A stretch of DNA of 64,000 nucleotides from an uncultured SAR86 cluster bacterium (GTDB lineage Bacteria > Pseudomonadota > Gammaproteobacteria > Magnimaribacterales > TMED112): the NCBI GenBank assembly GCA_902619265.1, contig CACNDL010000003.1, forward strand, positions 71,096-135,095. The letters run 5' to 3'. The notes under the pieces are model-generated. The model saw only the letters and a program-made list of their open reading frames with translations. It did not search any database and was not told where the DNA came from. A program made the translations under genes and the position numbers. Below are positions 1 to 10,201 of the stretch, in pieces (positions within the stretch are counted from its first letter, which is position 1; the number at the start of each line of letters is the position of its first letter).

Positions 1-906
1 TTGCCAAGTGCACTAGATAACAGACCATTGAGATTTGAAGAATGGGATAAGTTAGCTCCTCAAAGGGTTTTTGTTTCAGCCACACCAGGAAAATGGGAAA
101 AAGAATATAGCGATCACCAAGTCGAGCTGTTGGTTAGGCCTACAGGACTTGTTGATCCAGAAGTAGAACTTAAACCAGCAAAACACCAAGTTGAGGATGT
201 ATTAGAAGAGGCAAATAAAACAACCGCTAAAGGCTTTAGAACGTTAATAACTACCCTCACTAAAAAAATAGCTGAGGATTTAACTGAATTTATGCATGAG
301 AAAGGATTAAAAGTTAGATATATGCATTCGGATATAGATTCTGTTGAGAGAGTTGAAATTCTAAGAGACTTGAGGCTTGGAGTTTTTGATATTTTAGTGG
401 GTATAAATCTACTTAGGGAGGGTTTAGATCTTCCTGAGGTTGGGTTGGTTGCTATTCTTGATGCAGATAAAGAAGGATTCCTGAGATCAGAAGGCTCTTT
501 AATTCAAACTATTGGTCGAGCAGCAAGAAATTTAGAAGGTAAAGCTATTCTCTATACCGATAAAGTAACAGGTTCAATTGAAAGAGCACTCAATGAGACC
601 AATAGAAGAAGGGAAATACAAAGAACATTTAATAAAGAAAATAAAATTACACCTAAAACTGCAACATCAAAAATTAAAGACGTCATGGAGGGTGCCAGAT
701 CTTTGAAAAAAGAAAAAACTCAATCTAATCATGATTCTGATCTGTATGATGTATCAAAAGTTAATTACCATAATATTGGCAAAGAAATTAAAAAGCTTGA
801 AAAATTAATGAAATCCTCAGCAAAAGATTTAGATTTTGAACAAGCAGCCAAGTACAGAGATCTAATAAAAGAATTAAAGGAAAAAGTTTTAATAAATAAA
901 GCATGA
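1..906 (+). CDS. uvrB: Excinuclease ABC subunit B, C-terminal ~300 aa (5' end lies outside the window)
   Basis: The ORF is open from the window edge. The translation shows UvrB helicase C-terminal motifs (ILDADKEGFLRSEGSLIQTIGRAARN) and the C-terminal UVR motif (LDFEQAAKYRDLIKELKEK). Confidence 0.9.
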   Translation: MPSALDNRPLRFEEWDKLAPQRVFVSATPGKWEKEYSDHQVELLVRPTGLVDPEVELKPAKHQVEDVLEEANKTTAKGFRTLITTLTKKIAEDLTEFMHEKGLKVRYMHSDIDSVERVEILRDLRLGVFDILVGINLLREGLDLPEVGLVAILDADKEGFLRSEGSLIQTIGRAARNLEGKAILYTDKVTGSIERALNETNRRREIQRTFNKENKITPKTATSKIKDVMEGARSLKKEKTQSNHDSDLYDVSKVNYHNIGKEIKKLEKLMKSSAKDLDFEQAAKYRDLIKELKEKVLINKA

Positions 907-3900
907 TGTCCCAAAAAATTATCTTTCTTGAAGGCGATAATATATTCACATCTACAAAACAAGAAAAAATTTTCGGTCAAAACTCTCCTATAAAAGCAAG
1001 TAAATATATTTTTGCAATGGGTCTCTGCAATGAGATCAAAAAAGATGAATTAGAAAAAGTTAAAGCTTTGTTGTCAGCTCATGAAATCACTTTTGCTCCA
1101 AACTTAATTATTACACCAAGACTTGGAACCCAGAGCTCTTGGTCAAGTAAGGCGCAAGACATTTTTAAGAATGTTGGTATAAAGTCTGTGCAACGGCTAG
1201 AAAGGTTCAAGGCATTTGATGTAAAGGATAAAGAAAAAGTTTTAATAAAATCTTTTGATAAGATGACTGAATCGCACTTTTCAAGCTTATCTGACACAAA
1301 AAAAATCTTTCAAGAAGCTCAAAGAAAAAAACTAATTACTTACGCTATACATGAAGATAGTACGCTTCTAGATAAGCTCAATAATGATTTAGGTTTGGCT
1401 TTAAACGACGTAGAGAAAGCTTATTTAAACAAACTTTTTCAAAAATTAAATAGGTCGGTAACTGACGCTGAACTAATGATGTTTTCACAAATCAACTCTG
1501 AACACTGTAGGCATAAAATTTTTCGTTCAAAATGGAAAACTGATATTCCTTTCAGTCACGATTCGCTTTTCGACGCTATTAAGTCAACCACTAAAAAAGA
1601 TATGGAACATATTCTTTCTGCATATCACGACAATTCAGCTGTAATAAAAGCAAATGGTACAAGCATGTTGGAAGTGGGTGGAGATGATAAATATAAAAAT
1701 TATAAAGGAGAGGTTGATACTACAATTAAAGTAGAAACTCACAATCATCCTACTGGTATTTCACCTTTTGAGGGAGCCGCAACAGGCTCAGGAGGTGAGA
1801 TTAGAGATTGTAGTGCAACCGGTCGAGTAGCCAGACCAAAAGCAGGTTTCATGGGTCTTTGTATCTCTCATTTAAGATTAAGTAATGAACTTGAAGCCTG
1901 GGAAGATAAAGAAAATAAACCTGATTTCCTAGCATCACCAAGAGATATTCTTATTGAGGCTCCAATTGGTTCTGCTGCATATAATAATGAGTTTGGAAGG
2001 CCAGCCATTTTTGGATATTTTAGAACACTTGAGTACCAAGATTTAGGGTTTCATAAGCCAATTATGTTGGCTGGTGGTATTGGCTCTATCAAGGAGGTTC
2101 AAATTAAAAAGGGCATACCTAAACCTGGTGATGCAGTGATAGTTTTGGGCGGGCCTGCTATGTTGATTGGTTTGGGCGGTGGCTCGGCAAGCTCTACCAA
2201 AAAAACAAATGATAATGCAGATTTAGATTTTGCCTCAGTGCAACGCTCAAATCCAGAGATGCAAAGAAGAGCACAACAAGTTTTAGATAAATTTAATGAG
2301 AGATCGTCTAAAAATCCAATTACTTTTATTCATGATGTCGGTGCTGGTGGGATTTCGAATGCTATTCCAGAACTAGCCAAGGATACGAATTTAGGGGTGG
2401 AAATTAATCTGGAAAAAATTGACTCAGCTGACCAAACAATGAGTCCTATGGAGTTATGGTGCAATGAAAGCCAGGAAAGATATGTTTTTACTATTCCAAT
2501 GAAAAAAGTTCGAGCCTTAGAAAATATATGTCGTAAAGAGCGATGTCCATTTTCAATTGCAGGCCTTCTGACTGAAGAAAAAGTTATAAAAATTAAATTT
2601 CATGACGATGAAGTTGTAAATCTTCATCTTGATGATCTGTTTGGAGAAATCCCGCTGCCAGATTTAATCGCTCAGGATTATGACAGATCAACTATTAAGG
2701 AAGATTTACCATCCGATAATCTTCAAACATTAATTTTTAATGTTTTAAATTACCCTGTTGTTGGTTCAAAGAAATTCTTGATAACTATTGGAGATAGAAC
2801 AGTCAATGGGCTTGTTTTTAGAGATCAATTAATTGGCAATCGACAAATTCCTGTCTCAGATTACGCAGCTACACTTGATGATTATGGCACTAATTCAGGC
2901 CAGGTCATTTCAATTGGAGAAAAGCCAAACATTGCTATTGAAAATCCGGAAGCCTCATGCCGCATGGCATTAGCCGAAGCAATTACAAATCTGTGCGGCG
3001 TAAAGCATGATGCTTTAAATAAGATAAGTTTTTCTGCTAACTGGATGAGTTCAACTAAAACGGCTGACGAGAAAGGAGATTTAGTTCGTGGGGTGCAAGC
3101 TTTAACAAATATGGCTGATATTTTGAAAGTGTCAATACCAGTTGGAAAAGACTCTCTCTCCATGAAAGTAAACTGGAAAAATAATGAGGCAGAACACACT
3201 GTCACTTCGCCTATGACATTGAATATTTCATCTTTTTCTAATGTTCAAGATTTACATAAATCTGTAACCCCAGAATTATCAAATTCAGATTCAACTTTAT
3301 TACATTTGTGGGCGCACTCTGATAAATATCGATTAGGGGGCAGCGCCCTTTATCAAAGTTTTAAACTTTATGGTGGAGCAACACCAGATATTGATGACGT
3401 AGATTTATTTAAAGCTATGTTTGAAGCATCACAAGAACTCTTAGATAGAAACCTTATTGAGGCCATGCATGATATATCAGATGGCGGCCTTATAACTTCT
3501 TTAATTGAGATGGCACTTTGTAGCAATCAGGGATTGAGTATTAATTTAGACTACTCTGATAAAGAACAAATTGTTCCAAAGCTTTTTTCTGAAGAAGCAG
3601 GCCTAGTAATTGAAGTAAATAATGAAAAACTTGAAACAGTAAAAAAATATTTGGCCGAAAGAGATTTATTTTTTGAAGAAGTTGCCAAGAAAAATGAAGA
3701 TAAGAAGGTCAATATCAATTGCTTTAATGAGAAAATTTTCTCTGAAGATTTAGTCACTCTATTTAACCAATGGAGCAAAGTGAGTTTTGAAATTCAAAAA
3801 ATTAGAGATTCTGAAGAAGCAGCGTCCGCAGAAAAAAAGGCATATGAAAAATTTGAAAAATTTTTAACGCCTGCAATAAATTTTGAAATACCTAAGCCTG

Positions 3901-4676
3901 ACAAAAACCTATTTAGTAAACGCCCTAAAGTAGCACTCTTAAGGGAGCAAGGCATAAATGGTCATTACGATATGGCTGCAGCTTTAATAGAAGCAGGTTT
4001 TGAAGTAGATGATGTGCATCTGAGTGAAATAGGCTCAAAAATAAAAGATTTAAATTCCTATAGAGGTTTAGTTATTCCTGGTGGTTTTTCATATGGTGAT
4101 GTTTTAGGTGCTGGTTCAGGTATGTCAAATACCATTATTTTCAATACAAAAATCAGGAAGATATTTAGTGAATTTTTGTCCAATGAGAAGAATTTTGGAC
4201 TTGGTATTTGCAATGGATGTCAATTTGTCTCAGGTATTTGTGAGATTGTCCCTGGAGCAAAAAGTTGGCCAAGTTTTATGAGAAATGATTCCGATCAATA
4301 TGAGTGTCGACTTGTTCAATTGAAAATTGAAAGTAGCTCTTCAATTTTTTTTAATGGGATGGAAGGGAGCGTAATACCAGTTATGGTTTCACATGGCGAG
4401 GGAAAAGCAGTATTTAATAATGATGAAGAAAATGTTGTTGCAAGATATGTTGATCCTAATCACTCTGTAACTATCCATTACCCTTTTAATCCTAATGGCT
4501 CAGCTCAAGGTGTTGCTGGGGTTTGCAATAATGATGGCAGAGTAATGATTATGATGCCTCATCCAGAAAGAACATTTCTTACCAAGCAATATTCATGGGC
4601 TCCAGATAATTGGGATACACACTCACCTTGGTTCAAAATGTTTGATAATGCTTACCAGTTTGTGAAGAAAAACTAA
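903..4676 (+). CDS. purL: Phosphoribosylformylglycinamidine (FGAM) synthase, single-chain large form
   Basis: 1257 aa. Motifs SEHCRHKIF and KVETHNHPTGISPFEGAATGSGGEIRD. C-terminal glutamine amidotransferase with GICNGCQ nucleophile and MMPHPER. The ATGATG start overlaps the uvrB stop. Confidence 0.95.
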   Translation: MMSQKIIFLEGDNIFTSTKQEKIFGQNSPIKASKYIFAMGLCNEIKKDELEKVKALLSAHEITFAPNLIITPRLGTQSSWSSKAQDIFKNVGIKSVQRLERFKAFDVKDKEKVLIKSFDKMTESHFSSLSDTKKIFQEAQRKKLITYAIHEDSTLLDKLNNDLGLALNDVEKAYLNKLFQKLNRSVTDAELMMFSQINSEHCRHKIFRSKWKTDIPFSHDSLFDAIKSTTKKDMEHILSAYHDNSAVIKANGTSMLEVGGDDKYKNYKGEVDTTIKVETHNHPTGISPFEGAATGSGGEIRDCSATGRVARPKAGFMGLCISHLRLSNELEAWEDKENKPDFLASPRDILIEAPIGSAAYNNEFGRPAIFGYFRTLEYQDLGFHKPIMLAGGIGSIKEVQIKKGIPKPGDAVIVLGGPAMLIGLGGGSASSTKKTNDNADLDFASVQRSNPEMQRRAQQVLDKFNERSSKNPITFIHDVGAGGISNAIPELAKDTNLGVEINLEKIDSADQTMSPMELWCNESQERYVFTIPMKKVRALENICRKERCPFSIAGLLTEEKVIKIKFHDDEVVNLHLDDLFGEIPLPDLIAQDYDRSTIKEDLPSDNLQTLIFNVLNYPVVGSKKFLITIGDRTVNGLVFRDQLIGNRQIPVSDYAATLDDYGTNSGQVISIGEKPNIAIENPEASCRMALAEAITNLCGVKHDALNKISFSANWMSSTKTADEKGDLVRGVQALTNMADILKVSIPVGKDSLSMKVNWKNNEAEHTVTSPMTLNISSFSNVQDLHKSVTPELSNSDSTLLHLWAHSDKYRLGGSALYQSFKLYGGATPDIDDVDLFKAMFEASQELLDRNLIEAMHDISDGGLITSLIEMALCSNQGLSINLDYSDKEQIVPKLFSEEAGLVIEVNNEKLETVKKYLAERDLFFEEVAKKNEDKKVNINCFNEKIFSEDLVTLFNQWSKVSFEIQKIRDSEEAASAEKKAYEKFEKFLTPAINFEIPKPDKNLFSKRPKVALLREQGINGHYDMAAALIEAGFEVDDVHLSEIGSKIKDLNSYRGLVIPGGFSYGDVLGAGSGMSNTIIFNTKIRKIFSEFLSNEKNFGLGICNGCQFVSGICEIVPGAKSWPSFMRNDSDQYECRLVQLKIESSSSIFFNGMEGSVIPVMVSHGEGKAVFNNDEENVVARYVDPNHSVTIHYPFNPNGSAQGVAGVCNNDGRVMIMMPHPERTFLTKQYSWAPDNWDTHSPWFKMFDNAYQFVKKN

Positions 4677-5230
4677 ACTCTTGGCTTAAGAGTTTCGTTA
4701 ATGACTTTGCTATCTCCATGTTCGAGAAATAATTTTAAAGTTTTAATTACAGTTGGAAATGCTAACTCCGACCAAGGTATATCATCAAATTTAAAAAGTT
4801 TAACTTCTGAACTTTCTGGAGTTGGACCAAAATCATGATTCACTACTTTGCCGGTAAAAAAAGTATATATTTGGTTGATGTGTGGGACACTTAAAACGGT
4901 AAAGAGCTTTACATCTGATACGTGAAGCTTAGCTTCTTCCATCGTTTCTCTGAGAGCTCCTTCTTCAATTGATTCACCGTTTTCTAGAAAACCTGCAGGC
5001 AATGTCCAATATCCATGTCTAGGTTCTATCGATCTTTTACAAAGAATTAATTCATTTTGATCGGTATAGGCCAACACACCTGTAACAATATTTGGATTTT
5101 GATAATGAATTTCACCACATTTGTTGCAAACAAATCTTTCGAGGTTATCGCCTTCAGGTATTTTTTTAACTAATTCAGCGGAACCGCAATTTGAGCAAAA
5201 ATTCATAGAAGTTTCAATTATAATAGACAT
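4673..5230 (-). CDS. NUDIX hydrolase with N-terminal zinc ribbon (NudC / NADH pyrophosphatase-like)
   Basis: Two CxxC pairs (CSNCGS ... CNKCGE) followed by the Nudix box GFLENGESIEEGALRETMEEAKL. An internal Met at 5206 is an alternative start. Overlaps the purL 3' end by 4 nt. Confidence 0.8.
   Translation of the reverse strand: MSIIIETSMNFCSNCGSAELVKKIPEGDNLERFVCNKCGEIHYQNPNIVTGVLAYTDQNELILCKRSIEPRHGYWTLPAGFLENGESIEEGALRETMEEAKLHVSDVKLFTVLSVPHINQIYTFFTGKVVNHDFGPTPESSEVKLFKFDDIPWSELAFPTVIKTLKLFLEHGDSKVINETLKPRV
4675..4695 (-). terminator. Candidate hairpin (8-bp stem AAACTCTT/AAGAGTTT, 5-nt loop) at the purL / NUDIX convergent junction
   Basis: Inverted repeat read directly from the sequence. 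On the minus strand it is followed by AGTTTTTCTT. The stem is AT-rich and weak, and it lies inside the last codons of the NUDIX gene. Confidence 0.3.
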
Positions 5231-5749
5231 ATGATTTATAGCCTAGGAGAAAAGAAGCCCAGCTTCGATGCTGACAGTGTTTGGATTGCAGATTCCGCAG
5301 ACCTTATTGGAGACGTTGTTCTAAATAAAGATGTTTCTGTTTGGTTTAATGTGACGATGCGTGGTGACAACGATACTATCACTATTGGAGAGGGGACAAA
5401 TATTCAAGACAATACCGTCATTCATACCGACGAGGGAATTAAAGTTAATATTGATGAAAACGTTACAGTAGGTCATAAAGTAATTATTCATGGTGCATGT
5501 ATTGGAGCCAACACTGTCGTTGGTATGGGTAGTGTAGTTATGAATCATGCAAAAGTTGGTGCAAATTGCATTATTGGTGCTAATTCATTAATCACAGAAA
5601 GAAAAGAATTTCCGGATAATTCCTTGATTATGGGTTCTCCTGCCAAAATCGTGAGAGAGCTTACAGAGGAGGAAATTTCCGTTCTAGTTTTTAGTGCTAA
5701 ACATTACATTGATAAATCAAAAACTTACAAAGCAGAATTAAAATCATGA
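5231..5749 (+). CDS. Hexapeptide-repeat protein of the gamma-carbonic-anhydrase / YrdA / PaaY family
   Basis: 172 aa. Left-handed beta-helix style repeats. VWFNVTMRGDNDTITIGEGTNIQDNTVIHTD and HKVIIHG are typical of the family. Confidence 0.8.
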   Translation: MIYSLGEKKPSFDADSVWIADSADLIGDVVLNKDVSVWFNVTMRGDNDTITIGEGTNIQDNTVIHTDEGIKVNIDENVTVGHKVIIHGACIGANTVVGMGSVVMNHAKVGANCIIGANSLITERKEFPDNSLIMGSPAKIVRELTEEEISVLVFSAKHYIDKSKTYKAELKS

Positions 5750-8298
5750 AATTAGCTGAAATAAGACAAAAATTTCTTAATTACTTTGAATCAAAGAATC
5801 ATGAAATTGTTAATTCAAGTGACTTAATTCCGCATGGGGATGACAGCATACTCTTTACAAATGCTGGTATGGTTCAATTCAAAGACACATTTTTAGGCTT
5901 AGAAAAAAGAAAGAAAAGTGCAACTTCCTCTCAAAAATGTCTGAGAGTTGGAGGTAAACATAATGATCTCGAGAATGTAGGTTTCACTACAAGACATCAA
6001 ACGTTTTTTGAGATGCTCGGAAACTTTAGTTTTGGTGTGTATTTTAAAGAGGGTGCCATAGATTATGCGTGGGAATTTTTGACGAAAGAATTAAACATCC
6101 CTGAGGAAAAGCTTTTTATTACTGTTCACAAAAATGATCAGGAATCAGAGAAATATTGGCTTGAAAATATTGGCATAAAACAAGAAAAAATTGCTCGTCT
6201 TGGAGATGAGGACAATTTCTGGTCGATGGGGGAAACAGGACCATGTGGACCTTGTTCTGAAATTTTCTTTGATTATGGCGAAGAATTTGAAGGTGTTATG
6301 CCTGGAGAAGGTGATACTGGAGACAGATATGTGGAAATTTGGAATCTTGTCTTCATGGAATTCAATCGAAATACCAAAGGAGATTTAACTCCACTACCTA
6401 ATAAGTGTGTTGACACAGGCATGGGCTTAGAAAGGATTTGTTCCGTGTTACAAAATGTTGGTTCTAACTTCGAAACAGATTTATTCAGTGAACTAAAGCA
6501 CGCAATATCAAGCAACTTCAAAACACCAAATGAACAATCTTTAAATGTTGTTGCTGATCATTTGCGAGCAACATTTTTCTTAATGTCAGAAAATGTGATG
6601 CCTTCTAATGAAGGCAGAGGTTATGTTTTAAGAAGAATTATTAGAAGGGCTGTCAGACATGGTTATAAAATGGATAGAAAGTCACCTTTTTTATTTGAAT
6701 GTTTAGATCATTTAGAGAATTCGATTTCTAAAGATTTCCCGAATGAATTTAAAAATTTTTCTGAAATTAAGAGCGCATTAGAAAGTGAAGAAAACTTATT
6801 TTTTAAGACACTTTCCTCGGGAATGAAAATTTTAGATAAGGAATTAGAAAAGAATCTAAAAGAAATATCTGGAGATGTTGCTTTTAAGCTTCACGATACC
6901 TACGGATTTCCGGTGGATTTAACGAAAACAATACTTGCTGAAAACAATATAACAATAAATCAAAAACAATTTGATGCATTAATGGCAGTGCAAAGGGAAG
7001 GCTCTAAAAAAAGCACGATGTTTGCTGTTAAAGATATTGTAATCGAGCCAAATTTACAATCTGAGTTCGTAGGATATACAGAGTCAAGTTGCGAGGCTAC
7101 TTGTTTAGAGCTCTTTGATGAGCATGGAAATAATGTTGATAAATTGATCAGTCAAGGCTTTGCTTTGTTTTCTCAAACTCCATTTTATGCAGAGATGGGA
7201 GGTCAGGTAGGTGATACTGGCTCCATATTAAAAAAAGGTTCAGAAATAGTAGTTACAGATTGTAAAAAAGTAGGAAATTTTCATCTGCATGAAGTTTTAA
7301 TTACTTCCGGTGAGCTTTGTAAAGGTGATGTAGCTAAGTTAATGATTGATCTCAACAAAAGAGAAAAAATTGATTGTAATCATTCGGCTACTCACTTGCT
7401 TCATTCCGCTTTGAGAGTTGTTTTAGGTGATAAAGTTTTTCAAAAAGGTTCATTAGTTAACGATGAGAAGCTGAGATTTGATTATTCCCATGGTGTAAAA
7501 CTTACAAAATCTGAAATTGAAGAAATTGAAAATATTGTTAATTTAGAAATAGAAAAAGCTACTTCTACAGAAACTAAATTAATGAGTTATCAAGATGCCA
7601 TAGATTCAGGAGCATTGGCTTTCTTTGGAGATAAATATGGAGATGAAGTAAGAGTTGTAAGTCTTGGGGGGGAATTTTCAGTAGAATTGTGTGGTGGTAC
7701 GCACGTAAAGAATACTTCTGAGATAGAAGGGTTTATTATATCTAATGAAACTTCTGTATCATCAGGAGTGAGAAGATTAGAAGCTATGACAGGATCAAAT
7801 TTAATAAAGAAATCAAAAGAAGCTATAAGCACTGTGAAGGAAATAACCGAAATTCTTAATGTACCTCAGGAAGATTTAGCGAAGAAAATTGCTGACATAG
7901 TCAAAGAAAACAAAAAACTAAAATCTGCTAAGAAAACAGAGAAAAGTCTGGCAGCTGAGGAATTAAAATCTTCAGAATTTGAAATTAATGATAATAAAGG
8001 CCAAATGAAACTTTATCAGAATGCTTCTTTAGAAATGTTGAGAAGATACGCTGATAAAGCGTTAAAAGAAGTTGAATTTTCCTTTTCAGTATTCATATCA
8101 AAAGATGAAGAAAAAGTATCCTATATTGTGACTGCTGACAAAAATAAAGATTTATCGGCGAAATCTATTATTAAAGAAGTAAATGAGTGTTTGGCTGGTA
8201 GTGGTGGCGGAAGAGATGATTTCGCACAAGGTGGTAGTCAAGAAGTTGACGATATTGACAATAAATTTGATCAACTTGTAGATAACTTAAAAAGCTAA
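5746..8298 (+). CDS. alaS: Alanine--tRNA ligase
   Basis: 850 aa. Motifs FTNAGMVQFK, RVGGKHNDLENVG, HQTFFEMLGNFSFG and CGPCSEIF. Editing-domain motifs CNHSATHLLHSAL and CGGTHV. 4-nt overlap with the upstream gene. Confidence 0.95.
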   Translation: MKLAEIRQKFLNYFESKNHEIVNSSDLIPHGDDSILFTNAGMVQFKDTFLGLEKRKKSATSSQKCLRVGGKHNDLENVGFTTRHQTFFEMLGNFSFGVYFKEGAIDYAWEFLTKELNIPEEKLFITVHKNDQESEKYWLENIGIKQEKIARLGDEDNFWSMGETGPCGPCSEIFFDYGEEFEGVMPGEGDTGDRYVEIWNLVFMEFNRNTKGDLTPLPNKCVDTGMGLERICSVLQNVGSNFETDLFSELKHAISSNFKTPNEQSLNVVADHLRATFFLMSENVMPSNEGRGYVLRRIIRRAVRHGYKMDRKSPFLFECLDHLENSISKDFPNEFKNFSEIKSALESEENLFFKTLSSGMKILDKELEKNLKEISGDVAFKLHDTYGFPVDLTKTILAENNITINQKQFDALMAVQREGSKKSTMFAVKDIVIEPNLQSEFVGYTESSCEATCLELFDEHGNNVDKLISQGFALFSQTPFYAEMGGQVGDTGSILKKGSEIVVTDCKKVGNFHLHEVLITSGELCKGDVAKLMIDLNKREKIDCNHSATHLLHSALRVVLGDKVFQKGSLVNDEKLRFDYSHGVKLTKSEIEEIENIVNLEIEKATSTETKLMSYQDAIDSGALAFFGDKYGDEVRVVSLGGEFSVELCGGTHVKNTSEIEGFIISNETSVSSGVRRLEAMTGSNLIKKSKEAISTVKEITEILNVPQEDLAKKIADIVKENKKLKSAKKTEKSLAAEELKSSEFEINDNKGQMKLYQNASLEMLRRYADKALKEVEFSFSVFISKDEEKVSYIVTADKNKDLSAKSIIKEVNECLAGSGGGRDDFAQGGSQEVDDIDNKFDQLVDNLKS

Positions 8299-8304
8299 GT
8301 ACTA

Positions 8305-10068
8305 ATGAAATCTGTTATCCAAAGCATACTCGCAATTATTATCTTATCTGCTTGTTCAGCAGGCCTCTCTTTAAAAAATTCAAGCAGTTTAGTACAAGTA
8401 AATGCACCAGCAGGAAATTTTTTAGGTGAGGGCGAAGAGAATTTTTACGTCTTTAAGGGCATTCCCTATGCACAACCTCCTGTTGGCGATCTAAGGTGGA
8501 AGGCTCCAAAGAATTTGTCTGCAAAGGATGAGGTTATTGACGCAACTAAATTTAAAAGTGAATGCATTCAACCGGGGACAGAAGGATTAATTCCAAACAG
8601 AAATGTTTCAGTCGGTAGCGAAGATTGTTTGTATCTAAATATTTACATTCCAAAAAATCAAACTGACTTAGATAAAAACCAATTTCCTGTCATGTTTTGG
8701 ATTCATGGAGGTTCAAATATTTGGGGGTCTGGAGATTTTTATGATTTTTCAAAATTAGCAACTACTCAACAAGTTATAGTTGTCACAATTAATTATCGAC
8801 TTGGTTTATTTGGCTGGTTTTCATCTGAGCATCTTAGAAATACAGCTACAGGCCTGGATAAATCCTCAAATTTTGGACAATTAGATTTAATAAAAGGACT
8901 TGAGTGGGTACAAGAAAACATTTCTGCTTTTGGTGGCGATCAGGATAATATTACGATTTTCGGTGAATCAGCAGGTGGTCATAATGTACTAACTTTGTTG
9001 GCTTCACCACTAAGTGAAGGACTATTTCATAAAGCGATTTCACAATCAGGTTATGTTTCCTCTTATACCCAAAAATTTGCCGAGGAGGAATCAGAATTAT
9101 CTTCCAAGAAAATTTTTGCCGAAGACACAAAATTTTTAGTGAGCGATGCAGAGGTTGCTAATTATTTAAGAAGCCTTTCTTCTGAAGAGGTCTATCAAAA
9201 ATATGTGGCTACTGCTGAAAAGTATATTTATCCAATAACGCCTATCACCATAAAAGATGGAATAGTTGTACCAAAGACAGGAATTTACAAAAGTCTTGAA
9301 ACTATTGATGAAAATTTAGTGGTAGTGGCCGGAACTAATAAAGACGAAATGAATTATTGGTATGTCAGATCGGATTATTTCTATAACTCTACGGGCGGAG
9401 TAGTATTGCGTCTGAAACGTTCCGAAGAAAATCTAAAAAGTTGGATTAAGTATAGAAGTGATATTTGGCGGTTCAAAGGAGCTGAAGAGCCTTTAAGAAG
9501 AATGGCAAAGTCTAATGCAAACCTGTATTCCTACAGGTTTGATTGGGATGAGCAGAGTGACTCGTCATTCGCAGGAAATTACCAGCTTTTTGTAGGTGCA
9601 GCGCATGGTCTTGAAATACCATTTTTAACAGGAGACTTTGATTTAGGCCCTATTACTTTTTATATAAAACCTTTTATGTTCCCAGATACTTCTGAAGAGG
9701 GCAGGCTGGCTCTTAGTGATTTAATGATGACATATTGGGCTAATATTGCGAAGTACGGCAATCCTAATGAGTTTGTAAGAGGCCCTAAATGGGAAAAATT
9801 CACAGCAGAAAATAATCAACTTATCATTCTTGATAATCCTGTAGCTAATTTAGTGGAAATGAGAACAATGCCGGTTAATCCCGATAATTTATTGCGTCAA
9901 ATTGAAGCAGACTCAGCATTAGAAATTAAAGAAAGATGTCTAATAGGATGGATAGCTGTAAGAGATTTCCATGAGGATAAAAGACCACAACCACCTTTTA
10001 ACTACTGTAATAACTCCACTAACCCCTACTTATATAATTTAAGAAATCTTACTGAAGGCAGAGACTAA
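8305..10068 (+). CDS. Type-B carboxylesterase/lipase family lipoprotein
   Basis: Lipobox ILSAC. Family signature EDCLYLNIY. Nucleophile elbow GESAGG. Confidence 0.85.
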   Translation: MKSVIQSILAIIILSACSAGLSLKNSSSLVQVNAPAGNFLGEGEENFYVFKGIPYAQPPVGDLRWKAPKNLSAKDEVIDATKFKSECIQPGTEGLIPNRNVSVGSEDCLYLNIYIPKNQTDLDKNQFPVMFWIHGGSNIWGSGDFYDFSKLATTQQVIVVTINYRLGLFGWFSSEHLRNTATGLDKSSNFGQLDLIKGLEWVQENISAFGGDQDNITIFGESAGGHNVLTLLASPLSEGLFHKAISQSGYVSSYTQKFAEEESELSSKKIFAEDTKFLVSDAEVANYLRSLSSEEVYQKYVATAEKYIYPITPITIKDGIVVPKTGIYKSLETIDENLVVVAGTNKDEMNYWYVRSDYFYNSTGGVVLRLKRSEENLKSWIKYRSDIWRFKGAEEPLRRMAKSNANLYSYRFDWDEQSDSSFAGNYQLFVGAAHGLEIPFLTGDFDLGPITFYIKPFMFPDTSEEGRLALSDLMMTYWANIAKYGNPNEFVRGPKWEKFTAENNQLIILDNPVANLVEMRTMPVNPDNLLRQIEADSALEIKERCLIGWIAVRDFHEDKRPQPPFNYCNNSTNPYLYNLRNLTEGRD

Positions 10069-10098
10069 AAGCTAAATAATTTGTATCATTATCAGTCC

Positions 10099-10188
10099 GG
10101 AGAGGTGGCTGAGTGGTCGAAAGCGGCACCCTGCTAAGGTGTTAGACGGGTAACTGTCTCGAGGGTTCGAATCCCTCTCTCTCCGCCA
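10099..10188 (+). tRNA. tRNA-Ser (anticodon GCT), long variable arm, encoded CCA
   Basis: The cloverleaf folds by hand. Acceptor GGAGAGG / TCTCTCC. Anticodon stem GCACC/GGTGT with loop CTGCTAA. T-loop GGTTCGAATCC. 90 nt. Confidence 0.85.
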
Positions 10189-10201
10189 ATTAGGAGAAAA
10201 A

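Noticed and set aside
6191-6388. Same-strand 65-aa overlapping ORF inside alaS (and likewise 14856-15053 inside the M23 gene)
   Set aside because: These are out-of-frame ORFs within well-supported genes. There is no ribosome-binding site and no recognisable domain.
10069-10201. tRNA-associated genomic island or integrated element at tRNA-Ser, tRNA-Leu (37661-37745) or tRNA-Val (58558-58634)
   Set aside because: There is no integrase, no partial tRNA 3'-end direct repeat that I could find, and no compositional change. The flanking genes are ordinary chromosomal genes.
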